NCBI GenBank assembly: GCA_963751185.1 | Contig: CAVVTO010000009.1 | Location: 77,838 to 141,837, forward strand | DNA length: 64,000 nucleotides | Direction of reading: 5' to 3' | Source of the DNA: an uncultured Solirubrobacterales bacterium | Lineage (GTDB): Bacteria > Actinomycetota > Thermoleophilia > Solirubrobacterales > Solirubrobacteraceae | Shown here: one piece after another, positions 45,161 through 55,790 of the stretch | Layout: the number at the start of each line of letters is the position of its first letter | How positions within the stretch are numbered: position 1 is the first letter of the stretch | The notes under the pieces: model-generated | Databases searched by the model: none | Told to the model about the DNA's origin: nothing | The model's input: the letters and a program-made list of their open reading frames with translations, nothing else | Program-made: the position numbers and the translations under genes

Positions 45161-45886
45161 TCAGGTTCCCCGGGCGCCCTCGTCGAGGTCGCTCGCGCGG
45201 ACGACGCCACCGGCCAGCGCGCGCTCGGCCAGACGGACGCGCTTCTCGTTCTGAGGCAGCTTCTCTATTCCGAAGCGTTCGAACAGCGCTCGCATGTGGC
45301 TCTTGACGGCGGCCAGGCTGAGCACCAACTCACGCGCGATCTCGTCGTTGGTCGCGGGAGTGGAACGCTCGCCACCGGCGAGCGGCCGGCACAGCGCAAT
45401 CAGGACCTTGCGCTGTGCGTCGGACACCTCGGGAGAGGGGGCGGTCGGCGTGGCGACGGTCGCCACCACCGGCTGGGGCTCGGGATCGCGGAAGCCGAGC
45501 CGCGTCTCGCCGATCTGGATGACGTCGCCGTCGCGCAGCGTCCGTTGCCCGTGCAGCCGCTCGCCCTCCACGAACGTGCCGTTGCGCGACAGGCCGTCGT
45601 CCTGGATCACCCAACGCGACCCCCGGCGCTCGAGGTACGCGTGGACGCCGGAGACGCGCGGGTCCCACGGAATCTCGAGATCGCCGCCGGGGGCGCGGCC
45701 GAGCACCAACCGCTCCGCTTCGAGCGACACGATCACCTGCGCGCCGTCGCCGTCGCGGAGGAACAAGAACGGCATCCCGCGTCGCTCGGCGGCGATCATC
45801 GCCTGTATCTCGGTTGGGCGCAAACCGGGGCCCAGCACAGCCCTTTCCTGCGCTCGCACGACCTCAGGGTAGCCTTGGCGGCGCAT
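45161..45886 (-). CDS. FHA-domain protein with C-terminal LuxR/sigma-r4-like HTH
   Basis: FHA: LVLGRAPGGDLEIPWDPRVSGVHAYL...DDGLSRNGTFVEGERL. C-terminus: TNDEIARELVLSLAAVKSHMRALFERFG. Confidence 0.75.
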   Translation of the reverse strand: MRRQGYPEVVRAQERAVLGPGLRPTEIQAMIAAERRGMPFLFLRDGDGAQVIVSLEAERLVLGRAPGGDLEIPWDPRVSGVHAYLERRGSRWVIQDDGLSRNGTFVEGERLHGQRTLRDGDVIQIGETRLGFRDPEPQPVVATVATPTAPSPEVSDAQRKVLIALCRPLAGGERSTPATNDEIARELVLSLAAVKSHMRALFERFGIEKLPQNEKRVRLAERALAGGVVRASDLDEGARGT

Positions 45887-48800
45887 GAGAGTCGTGGTCG
45901 GCGATGGCGAAGGGGAGGCCGCGGACCTCGAGCTAAGGGTCGCGGACGAGGACGCAACCGTCGGCGACCTGCTCGACGCCCTTCAAGGCGCCGATCTGCC
46001 CAACACGCTCGGAGAGGTCAACGGCGCCGCCGGGATCGTGGTGGATGGACGCTTCTGTCACGCCGACCTCGCGCTGAGCGAGATCGGCATCTACGAGGGC
46101 GCCCGGCTGCGGGCCGCCACCGGTCCGCCCAGCGGACACCCCGAGCGGGCGGGCGTGTCGGAGCTCCGAGTCGTGGCCGGCCTCGACGCCGGCCGGCGAA
46201 TGCCGTTGGGGAACGGACCGGTGACCGTGGGTCGCGACGACGACTGCGATCTCGTCCTGCTCGACGAGGGCGTGTCGCGGCGCCACGTGCAGGTGGCGCC
46301 CGGAGCGAGTGGCCTGCGCGCCACGGTCACCGATCTGGGCTCGATCAACGGCACCTGGGTCGAGGGAAAGCGGATCGAACGCGAGACCGAGCTCTCACCC
46401 GACCAGCTGTTCGAGGCCGGTGACGTCGCGCTGGCAGTCGCGCCGCTGGCGCCCGGCATGGCGATCGATCCGCTCCGCCAGGCCCGCCGGGACGGCACGA
46501 TCCCGTTCAACCGCCCGCCGCGGGCGCGCTCCCCCGAGGCCGGCGGGCCGCTCAGCGCGCCCGAGCGGCCGCCCGATCCCGAGCGACCCCGGCTCAGCAT
46601 CGTCTCCGCCGTCGGGCCGCTGGTGCTCGGCCTCGTGCTGGTGATCGCCCTGCACAACATCCTGTTCGCGCTGTTCATGCTGCTCAGCCCGATCCTGGTG
46701 ATCGGAAGCTGGCTCGAGAACCGCCGCTTTGCGCGGCGGACCGCCCAGGGCCACACGCGCGAGCAGATCCAGCAGCTGGCGCGCTTCCGCGAGGAGGTGG
46801 CCGAGCGCCACGACGCCGAGCTCGCCCGCCTGCGCGCCCGCCTCCCCGACCCGGCCGAGGTGATGCGCCGCGCCACCGCCCCTGACCCCCGCCTATGGGA
46901 GCGCCGGCCCAACCACGAGGACTTTCTCTGGCTGATGGGCGGCCTTGGCCGGGTCCCGTTCCGCCCGCCGCTCGCCCAGCGGCTGGCGCCGGCCCCGCAG
47001 GCCGAGGAGATCCTGGCCGAGCACGCCGAGCTCGAGCTGGCCCCGGTTCGGGTCGACCTGTCGGGTGGAGGCGTGGTCGGGCTGGTCGGCCCGCGCGACG
47101 CCGCGCTGGCGCTGGCCCGGAGCCTGGTCTGCCAGGCCGCGGTCCTGCACGGACCGGCCGATCTGCGCATCGCGGTGCTCACCGAGGCCGGCGGCCGCGA
47201 GGCGTGGGACTGGGCCAAGTGGCTCCCCCACGCGCGCGATGCCGCCTCGGGCGGGGCACGGCGGCTGCTCGCGGCCGGGTCGGCCGATGCGAGCGCGCTG
47301 GCGGCCGAGCTGACCGACCCCGACGGCGGCGATGACCGCCGTGCCCTCGTGGTGCTTGACAGCCCGACCCTGATCGAGGGGCGGGGCGCGGCCGGGCGTG
47401 CGCTCCTGCGCCGCGCCGAGCTGATCAGCGGAATCGTGCTGGCCGGCTCGGTCGAGCGCCTCCCGGCAAGCTGTACGACGGTGGTCGAGCTGTCCACCGA
47501 GGGAGCCGAGGCGACGCTGCGCCGGCCGCAGGCAGGCGAGGTCGTGGACCCGTTGCTGGTGGCCGGGGTCTCGGCGGCGACCGCGCGCGAGTGCGCGTTG
47601 GCGCTGGCGCGGTTCGAGGACGCCGACCTGGAGCTCTCGAGCGGGGCGCTGCCCGAGTACGTGGAGCTGCTGGGGCTGCTCGGACTGCGTGACCTCGACG
47701 GCGACGTGATGCGCTCGCGGTGGACGCGCTCGGCTCCGGAAGCCGGGCTGCGGGCCACGTTCGCCCTCTCCCAGGACGGCCCCTTCAGCGTCGATCTGGT
47801 CGCCGACGGACCGCACGGGTTGATCGCGGGCACGACCGGGGCCGGCAAGAGTGAGCTGCTGCGCAGCCTGGTCGCCGCGCTCGCCGCCGCGCACGGGCCT
47901 GACCGCCTGAATTTCGTGCTGATCGACTACAAGGGCGGCAGTGCGTTCGCGCAGAGCGCCGACCTTCCGCACACCGTCGGCCTCGTCACCGACCTCGACG
48001 AGCAACTCGGCGAGCGGGCACTCCAGAGCCTCGAGGCTGAGCTGCGCTATCGCGAGCGCGTTCTGCGCGAGCATGGCACGGGCGATCTGATCGAGCACGG
48101 CCGACTGATCGCCGAGGGCCGGGCGGAGCCGCTGCCGCGGCTGCTCGTGATCATCGACGAGTTCGCGACGCTGGCCGCCGAGTTGCCGGAGTTCATCGCC
48201 TCCCTGGTCGGGATCGCCCAGCGCGGCCGGAGTCTCGGCGTGCACCTGCTGCTCGCCACCCAGCGGCCCTCGGGCGCGGTCTCGGAGAACATCCGCGCCA
48301 ACACGAACATCAGGATCTGCCTGCGGGTCAACACCCCGCAGGAGTCAAACGACGTGATCGACGCCCCCGCCGCGGCCCAGATCGGGCGAAGCCAGCCCGG
48401 GCGCGCGCAGGTTCGCCTCGGGCCCTCGGAGCTCGTGCCGATCCAGACCGCGCTGGTCAGCACGGTCTCGGCGTCGGGTCCGGGCGGCGCACTCGAGCTG
48501 CGCCCGTTCGGTTTCCCAGTGACCTCGACGGAGCCGTTGGAGCCCGCACCACGTGAGGAGTCCTCGCAGCTCGAGCGGCTGGTCGCTGCCGCGCGCGAGG
48601 CCTCCGCCGAGGAGTCACCGTCCCGCCGGCCCTGGCTGCCGCCGCTGCCGGCGGCAATCGAGCTTGCCGACCTGCTCGAGCTCGGAACGCCGCGCCCGCT
48701 GGGCGGAGAACGGGGGCTCGTGGTTCCCCTCGGCCTGGGCGATGACCCGCCGGCCCAGGCCCAGTACCCGGTGGGCTGGAACCTGGACGCGGGCAACCTG

Positions 48801-50138
48801 CTCCTGTTCGGGATCGGCGGCAGCGGCACCACGACCGCGCTGACCACGCTCGCCACCGCGCTGGCCGAGCTCGCCGAACCCGCCCGGCTTCACATCTACG
48901 CGATGGACTTCGGCGCCGGCGAGCTGGCAGCGCTCGAGCGCCTGGCCAACGTCGGCGCGGTGATCGCCGCGGGCGAGCACGAGCGCCAGCGGCGCCTGCT
49001 CCGCCGGCTCCACGACGAGCTGCGGGCGCGGCGCGGACTGGACGCGAGCGAGCGCGCCCGGCTGCCGCGGGTCGTGCTGCTCCTCGACGGCTACGCCGGG
49101 TTCGCCGCCGAGCACGCCGAAGGCACGGGCGAGTCGGCCCGCGAGGAGCTCGCCCGGGTGTGGGCGGACGGCGCCGAGCTCGGCGTGCACGTAGCGATCG
49201 CCGCCGACCGCCTTGGCGCCGTCCCGCTCTCGCTGTCCTCGCTCGCCCAGCAGCGCCTTGCCTTCCAGCTCGCGGAGCTGGCCGACTACGCCCAGTTCGG
49301 GATCTCGCGCCGCTCGGTGCCGCGCTTCTCGCCGGGGCGGGCGGTCGCCGCCGGGAGCGGTCACGTGCTCCAAGTGGCGCGCCCAGGACAGGCGCTGTCG
49401 CGGCTGCTCGCCGGGGCGGCGGCCGACGTTGGCGTCATGGACGGCGGGCCCGCGCCCGTCGGGGTGCTCCCGGACCGGGTGGCGCTCGAGGCCGTTCTGG
49501 GCGCTCCGGGCCGCGACAGAGACTCCTGGTTCGTGCCGCTGGCGATCGGCGACGAGACGCTCGCGCCCGTCGGCTTCGAGTTGTTCGACGGCGACCACGC
49601 GCTCGTCAGCGGTCCCCCGCGGTCGGGCAAGACCACCGCGCTGCTCACCGCCGCGTCCGTGGCGGCGCGCATGTACCCGGAGGTCGAGCTGTTCGGCGTG
49701 GCGCTGCGCCGCTCTCCTCTACGCGACTGTGCCGGCCTGGCTCGGCTCGCGAGCACCCCTGACGAGCTCGAGGCACTGATCGACGAGCTCCGCGGCAGGG
49801 AGGGCGTCAAGCTGCTGCTGGTCGACGACGCCGAGACCGTCGATGATCCACGGCGGTCGCTGTCTGATCTGCTGTCCGCGCCCGGCACCGGCGTCCACGC
49901 CCTGATCGCGGGCCGGTCAGAGACGTTCCGGGCGCTCGGTCACTGGACCGCAGGCGCCCGGCGCTCCCGCACCGGGCTGTTGCTCGTGCCTGACCTGCAG
50001 ATGGACGGCGCGCTGCTCGGCGCGGCGCTCCCCCGCCGCCCCGTGCCGCCGGCGCGACCGGGATGCGGCTATCTCGTCCGTCCCGACGGGTTCGAGCTGG
50101 TTCAGGTGGCGCTGGCGTCCGACGGCGGCGCCGGCTGA
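45885..50138 (+). CDS. EssC/EccC-like type VII secretion FtsK/SpoIIIE ATPase: N-terminal beta-grasp-like region, FHA, 2 TM, three P-loop domains
   Basis: FHA: VTVGRDDDCDLVLLDEGVSRRHVQV...DLGSINGTWVEG. TM: LSIVSAVGPLVLGLVLVIAL / FALFMLLSPILVIGSWL. Walker A motifs: LIAGTTGAGKSE, LFGIGGSGTTT, VSGPPRSGKTT. Also VIIDEFATL and LLLATQRPSG. Confidence 0.85.
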   Translation: MRVVVGDGEGEAADLELRVADEDATVGDLLDALQGADLPNTLGEVNGAAGIVVDGRFCHADLALSEIGIYEGARLRAATGPPSGHPERAGVSELRVVAGLDAGRRMPLGNGPVTVGRDDDCDLVLLDEGVSRRHVQVAPGASGLRATVTDLGSINGTWVEGKRIERETELSPDQLFEAGDVALAVAPLAPGMAIDPLRQARRDGTIPFNRPPRARSPEAGGPLSAPERPPDPERPRLSIVSAVGPLVLGLVLVIALHNILFALFMLLSPILVIGSWLENRRFARRTAQGHTREQIQQLARFREEVAERHDAELARLRARLPDPAEVMRRATAPDPRLWERRPNHEDFLWLMGGLGRVPFRPPLAQRLAPAPQAEEILAEHAELELAPVRVDLSGGGVVGLVGPRDAALALARSLVCQAAVLHGPADLRIAVLTEAGGREAWDWAKWLPHARDAASGGARRLLAAGSADASALAAELTDPDGGDDRRALVVLDSPTLIEGRGAAGRALLRRAELISGIVLAGSVERLPASCTTVVELSTEGAEATLRRPQAGEVVDPLLVAGVSAATARECALALARFEDADLELSSGALPEYVELLGLLGLRDLDGDVMRSRWTRSAPEAGLRATFALSQDGPFSVDLVADGPHGLIAGTTGAGKSELLRSLVAALAAAHGPDRLNFVLIDYKGGSAFAQSADLPHTVGLVTDLDEQLGERALQSLEAELRYRERVLREHGTGDLIEHGRLIAEGRAEPLPRLLVIIDEFATLAAELPEFIASLVGIAQRGRSLGVHLLLATQRPSGAVSENIRANTNIRICLRVNTPQESNDVIDAPAAAQIGRSQPGRAQVRLGPSELVPIQTALVSTVSASGPGGALELRPFGFPVTSTEPLEPAPREESSQLERLVAAAREASAEESPSRRPWLPPLPAAIELADLLELGTPRPLGGERGLVVPLGLGDDPPAQAQYPVGWNLDAGNLLLFGIGGSGTTTALTTLATALAELAEPARLHIYAMDFGAGELAALERLANVGAVIAAGEHERQRRLLRRLHDELRARRGLDASERARLPRVVLLLDGYAGFAAEHAEGTGESAREELARVWADGAELGVHVAIAADRLGAVPLSLSSLAQQRLAFQLAELADYAQFGISRRSVPRFSPGRAVAAGSGHVLQVARPGQALSRLLAGAAADVGVMDGGPAPVGVLPDRVALEAVLGAPGRDRDSWFVPLAIGDETLAPVGFELFDGDHALVSGPPRSGKTTALLTAASVAARMYPEVELFGVALRRSPLRDCAGLARLASTPDELEALIDELRGREGVKLLLVDDAETVDDPRRSLSDLLSAPGTGVHALIAGRSETFRALGHWTAGARRSRTGLLLVPDLQMDGALLGAALPRRPVPPARPGCGYLVRPDGFELVQVALASDGGAG

Positions 50139-50698
50139 AGCGTGCAGCTCGACGCGATCGAGTCGAACAGCAGCGCGAACTCCGGAGCAGCGTCGACGTG
50201 CGGCGTGGCGAAGGCCAGGGCCAGCACGCCGTGATCGGTCTGTGCCAGGTAGGTGGCGGTGAACATCGCGATCTCCGGAAGGCCGGGATCACTCCGAGTG
50301 CGGGCCAGCCGTTGGACCCGCACGCCCGGACCGCAGGGCAGCTCATACTGGTCGACGTTCTCGTCCGGGAGGTCACCCGCCTCCGGATAGGGGATGTCCG
50401 CCAATGACGCCGCCAGCGTGAACGTCATCGGCACGTTGTCAGGGCGGGGCGCCGCGAACCCCTGGATCGCCACCGTCCCTCCGGCCTCGCCGGCCCGGGC
50501 CAGCGTGGAGACGAGGCCCGCGAGGCGCTCATCACCGCCCGCTTGCTGGCCGCTCGCCACCACCGGGGTCGGGCGAAAGCCGCGCTCGCCCCGCACCTGC
50601 GGAGGCTGGATCGAGAGCACCAGGTCCTCGCCGTCGCGGGACACCGGCCAGCTCAGCCGCGCCTGCGCCGCCTCGGCCGGCTCATCCATGACGCTCAC
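50102..50698 (-). CDS. Hypothetical protein (198 aa) immediately downstream of the candidate T7SS effector
   Basis: ORF with protein-like composition, 33 nt after the stop of 50732-52159. Its 3' end overlaps the convergent EssC-like gene by 37 nt. No family recognised. Confidence 0.45.
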   Translation of the reverse strand: MSVMDEPAEAAQARLSWPVSRDGEDLVLSIQPPQVRGERGFRPTPVVASGQQAGGDERLAGLVSTLARAGEAGGTVAIQGFAAPRPDNVPMTFTLAASLADIPYPEAGDLPDENVDQYELPCGPGVRVQRLARTRSDPGLPEIAMFTATYLAQTDHGVLALAFATPHVDAAPEFALLFDSIASSCTLQPAPPSDASAT

Positions 50699-50731
50699 CC
50701 TAGCGATCCAATTCCGAGACGCCGACGCCGC

Positions 50732-52159
50732 TCATCCGGCCGCGGGCTGGCCCAGCAGCTGGTTGATGTCGCCCTTGGCATGGTCGAGCAGCGGCTCCAT
50801 GACGAACTTGTCGGTTCCGACGTTGACGAGCGACTTGAGCGGGAGCGCCTTGATGTTCGCGAGCTCGGCGCTTTTCTCCGCGCTCTCTACCAGCTCCTTG
50901 CCATTGCCGAGCTTGTCCAGGAACGCGGTCCGCTCGGCCGGGGTCATTCCGTCCTTCATCCCAGCGGTGGCGAGCACCATCTCGCGATCCTCGCTGCTCG
51001 TCATCGCCCTTAGCGCCTGGACATCGTTGAGGCCGCCATCCATCTTTCCCGCGAAACCCTTCACCGCGGTGACGGCGTCCTCGGCGTTGTCCGCCGCGAT
51101 CGAGCCGGGCAGCGCGTCGCCGAGCTCGGGCGCCCCGAGTGCCCCGGGCAGGGTCGTCCCAAGGTCGAGGGCGGCGTCCGCGAAGTCCGCGCCCATGGCC
51201 GAGAAGTGACCCTCAACCCCGTCCTCGACGCCCTGGCCCACCTCGGCACCGGCGCCGTCCAGGCTGGCACCGGTCGCGACGGCGTCGAACACGTCGCTCG
51301 CCGTGTCCAGAGCGCCGGCCAGCACGCACTCCTCGGGCAGCAGCCACTCGCCGACGCCGCAGAACAGCAGCGCGACGCTGGCGGTGATCGCGACGTCCTC
51401 GGCCAACTTCTCGAACGTCTTCCAGCTCGGGTGCTCGGCGAACGCCATGAACGCGCCCGGTAGCCCGATCACGCCGTGGTAGGCGGTGTCGATCACGCCC
51501 CAGGCGAAGTGCCCGGCGTCCTTCATCCAGTTGCCCACGTCCGACATCACGTGGTCCCACCAGCTCTGGTGGGGGGCGAGCGAGCAAGCATTTGAGACCT
51601 TGCCCTGGCAGCCGTCGCGCGCGCCCTGGAAGCGATTCAGCAGCGCGAATCCCTGGGCCTCGAGGCCGCTGACCTCGCCCTGCAGGCGCGACACGGTGCC
51701 GCTCGCGCTCTGGACCGCGTCATGGGCGTTCTGGACCGCGGGCGAGGTCGCCTTGGCGTGGGGCGCGACGAGCGCGTTGGTCAGGTTGCCCTGGGCGTTC
51801 GCCAGCTGCCCCTGCGCGCCACTGAGCGCGCCGCGAGCGTTGCCGAGCTGTTCGGCGATGCGCTGGAAGGCCGGCTTGACGTCGTTCAGCTCGCTCTCGT
51901 AGGAGCTGAGCGCTCCGGCGACGTCCTCGTAGGACTGCTGGACCTTGTCGAGCTGGCTGGGGAGTTGGCCGACGTTGGCGCGGAACGCGCTTGCCGCGGC
52001 CCCGGTCCAGGTGGCCTCGTGCGGCGCGCCCCGTAGGGCACCGGCAATGCCCTGGGCCTCGGTGCCAACCTGCCGAAACAGCGCCGCCAGGATCCACACC
52101 TCGCCCGGATCGGCCGACAGCAGGTCGGCGGCGCGCGGATCAGATAGTGGATCGCTCAT
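50732..52159 (-). CDS. Candidate T7SS substrate/effector: WXG/LXG-like helical N-terminus, hydrophobic middle, unknown C-terminus
   Basis: N-terminus ...ALRGAPHEATWTGAAASAFRANVGQLPSQLDKVQQSYEDVAGALSSYESEL (W-x-G helix-turn-helix), then coiled-coil Ala/Gln-rich repeats. Hydrophobic stretches GLPGAFMAFA and ITASVALLFCGVGEWLL. Confidence 0.6.
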   Translation of the reverse strand: MSDPLSDPRAADLLSADPGEVWILAALFRQVGTEAQGIAGALRGAPHEATWTGAAASAFRANVGQLPSQLDKVQQSYEDVAGALSSYESELNDVKPAFQRIAEQLGNARGALSGAQGQLANAQGNLTNALVAPHAKATSPAVQNAHDAVQSASGTVSRLQGEVSGLEAQGFALLNRFQGARDGCQGKVSNACSLAPHQSWWDHVMSDVGNWMKDAGHFAWGVIDTAYHGVIGLPGAFMAFAEHPSWKTFEKLAEDVAITASVALLFCGVGEWLLPEECVLAGALDTASDVFDAVATGASLDGAGAEVGQGVEDGVEGHFSAMGADFADAALDLGTTLPGALGAPELGDALPGSIAADNAEDAVTAVKGFAGKMDGGLNDVQALRAMTSSEDREMVLATAGMKDGMTPAERTAFLDKLGNGKELVESAEKSAELANIKALPLKSLVNVGTDKFVMEPLLDHAKGDINQLLGQPAAG

Positions 52160-52174
52160 CGGTTGCGTGCTCTC

Positions 52175-52456
52175 CTACGCGCGGCACGCGTCCGCGATGT
52201 GCTGGTCCGAGGACGAGTACGTCGCGGCCGCCTTTCCCAGGTTCTCGACGACATGCTCCATGTGCTGCTGAAGGAGCCCGATCCCGTAGTGCCAGTTGTC
52301 GCAGAAGTGCTCGATCTCGCCCTCGAGCGCCCGCCCGCCCAGCACGCCCTGAAAACCGGACGCGACATCGTGCATCGCTTCCATCTGGCCGCACAGGCCG
52401 CCCAGCGTGCTCGCCAGCGCCTGCAGGCTTGCCGGATCGACGGTGAACGTGGCCAT
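52175..52456 (-). CDS. Small helical WXG100-partner-like protein (93 aa, no WXG)
   Basis: About 100-aa size, helical composition, position between the WXG100 gene and the large substrate gene. Its stop lies 15 nt upstream of the next start. Confidence 0.55.
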   Translation of the reverse strand: MATFTVDPASLQALASTLGGLCGQMEAMHDVASGFQGVLGGRALEGEIEHFCDNWHYGIGLLQQHMEHVVENLGKAAATYSSSDQHIADACRA

Positions 52457-52470
52457 TTCGCGAACCGGGA

Positions 52471-52761
52471 TCAGCCCATCGAGCTGCGGATTGCGTCCTC
52501 AGTGGCCTGATACTGCGTGCCGGCCGAGTTGAGCAGCCGCGAGATACCGTCGAGCGCGTCCTTCAGACCGGCCGCCGAGCGCTGCCACTCATCCCACAGT
52601 GTGTTGAACTGCGACGACGCGGCGCCCTGCCAGTCGGCGCCGACCACGCCGGAGACCTCGCCGGCCATCCGCGCGAGCTGGTCCTGGATGCTGTTGGACC
52701 CAGCCAGTACCTGCCCCGACAGCGAATGCAGATCCTCCGAGGTAACCCTGATCAAGGTCAT
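52471..52761 (-). CDS. WXG100 (EsxA-like) protein, 96 aa
   Basis: MTLIRVTSEDLHSLSGQVLAGS...GADWQGAASSQFNTLWDEWQRSAAGLKDAL...YQATEDAI. GGAG Shine-Dalgarno before ATG 52761; the track ORF over-extends to 53052. Confidence 0.8.
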   Translation of the reverse strand: MTLIRVTSEDLHSLSGQVLAGSNSIQDQLARMAGEVSGVVGADWQGAASSQFNTLWDEWQRSAAGLKDALDGISRLLNSAGTQYQATEDAIRSSMG

Positions 52762-52898
52762 GTCCTGCTCCTCTCTACTTAGTTGACTTCTCCGACCTGG
52801 ATCAGTCTTCCGCGGCGGGAGCGCTAGCGGAACTGGACCTGGGTATGAATCGAGCCGACCCTGTGTGAGGGCCGCCCGATCGGCGCTACGCTGTCCCC

Positions 52899-53360
52899 GT
52901 GGCGAGGCTCGTGGCACTGGGTGCGGCGATGGTTGTGGTGGCATTCGGCGCCGCCTTCGGCATCTCGCGCGCCGCCAGCGGCGGCGGATCGACCGCGCAT
53001 GCGGCGAAGCCGGCGAATCGGCCCGCGGCCACCCCAGCCAGGGATGCGGCACTGGCGACGGCCTTCTCGGGTCAGCTCGTCTCGTTGAAGCTCCCGCCCG
53101 CAGTCAAGCCGCCGGCGCACAAGCGGGCCAAGCACCACTCGGTCGCGTCCAGCTCTGCGGCTGCGTCTTCCTCGGCCTCGTCGGCCTCGTCCGCCCCGCC
53201 CTCGAGGTCGACCTCGTCCTCGCCCCCGGTGGCCCCGGTGGCTCCGGCGCAGAGCGTCACGCCGGCGGACGTGGGCGGCGGCTCGTCAGGCGCAGGGACG
53301 ACCCACCACAGCTCTCATCACCACAGCGGCAGCGGCTCGGGCACGATCACGATCGGCTGA
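52899..53360 (+). CDS. Small N-terminally anchored Ser/Ala/His-rich low-complexity protein (153 aa)
   Basis: MARLVALGAAMVVVAFGAAFGISRAAS (TM or signal anchor), then SSSAAASSSASSASS and HHSSHHHSGSGSG. Confidence 0.4.
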   Translation: MARLVALGAAMVVVAFGAAFGISRAASGGGSTAHAAKPANRPAATPARDAALATAFSGQLVSLKLPPAVKPPAHKRAKHHSVASSSAAASSSASSASSAPPSRSTSSSPPVAPVAPAQSVTPADVGGGSSGAGTTHHSSHHHSGSGSGTITIG

Positions 53361-53393
53361 GCCTCCGGCTCGAGCTGGTCCACCCCCAGCGGC

Positions 53394-55004
<1,611 letters not shown>

Positions 55005-55085
55005 CGATTGGCAAGCGTAGCCCTACCCCCAGGCGCCTAGCCGGCCGCTCTGGCTCCGCTTAGTAGACGATTGACCGCGCCTCGG

Positions 55086-55709
55086 CTAGGCGATCCGGGC
55101 CGCTTCGCGTGCGACCGCGGGCCGGTCCGGCGGCACGCACACCATGCCCTCACTGAACCCGGAGGCGCCGATCCCGAAGGCGGCGTTGAAGCGGTCGAGG
55201 TTTACGAGGGTCAGCAGGGCGGTGATCTCGACCATCTGCTCGTCGCTGAAATGCTCCTTCATCCGGGCGAACAGCTCGTCGCTCACGTCCACCGGCGTCC
55301 GCATCACTCCGACGGCGTAATCGAGCGCGGCCTTCTCGCGCTCGGTGAACAGGTCGCTCTCCCGGTAGCGCGGCAGCGCCAGCAGCTCGTCGTCCGAGAA
55401 GCCGGAGTTGCGGCAGATCTGCGAACCGAGGTCGACGCAGTACTCACACCCGATCATCTGCGCGCCCTTCAGCTCGACCAGGTTCTTGATCCGCTCATCG
55501 ACACTCTTGCCCTTGCGGATCGCCTGGTTGAACTTGCCCATGCCCATCATCATCTTCGGCTGGTAGGCCCAGACCTCGATCGGCTCGATACCGCTCCCAT
55601 GCGCCGGCTCGCGGCCGGTCAGCTTCTTCATCATCCGAGGTCCGAAGCGGTACGCGAGCTTTACCGTCGGGCCGGCCTGATTCTTCGGAACTCCCTGGAT
55701 GCGTGCCAT
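55086..55709 (-). CDS. Carboxymuconolactone decarboxylase (CMD/AhpD-like) family protein
   Basis: VELKGAQMIGCEYCVDLG (CxxC in a CMD context). Confidence 0.7.
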   Translation of the reverse strand: MARIQGVPKNQAGPTVKLAYRFGPRMMKKLTGREPAHGSGIEPIEVWAYQPKMMMGMGKFNQAIRKGKSVDERIKNLVELKGAQMIGCEYCVDLGSQICRNSGFSDDELLALPRYRESDLFTEREKAALDYAVGVMRTPVDVSDELFARMKEHFSDEQMVEITALLTLVNLDRFNAAFGIGASGFSEGMVCVPPDRPAVAREAARIA

Positions 55710-55790
55710 CGGGTCCTCCTGCGCGGTGTTGGTTGGACGGGTCTTCCAAACAAGACCCGCAACGCCACCGACTTGTGACAGACAACCGCC

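Noticed and set aside
42864-45210. Long minus-strand ORFs (530 aa and 306 aa) across the lectin and secreted-protein genes
   Set aside because: They are antisense to frames with signal peptides, six lectin motifs and a conserved duplicated module. The antisense products are Arg/Gly-rich low-complexity sequence.
46091-48856. Several 270-585-aa minus-strand ORFs inside the EssC-like gene
   Set aside because: They are Ser/Arg/Pro-rich nonsense, whereas the plus frame carries FHA, TM and three Walker A motifs.
45885-50138. The FtsK/SpoIIIE-family giant protein as a conjugative (TraB-like) DNA translocase marking an integrative element
   Set aside because: Three tandem P-loop domains behind two TM helices, together with adjacent WXG100-type genes, fit EssC/EccC. 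No integrase, relaxase, replication gene or att-like repeat is seen nearby.
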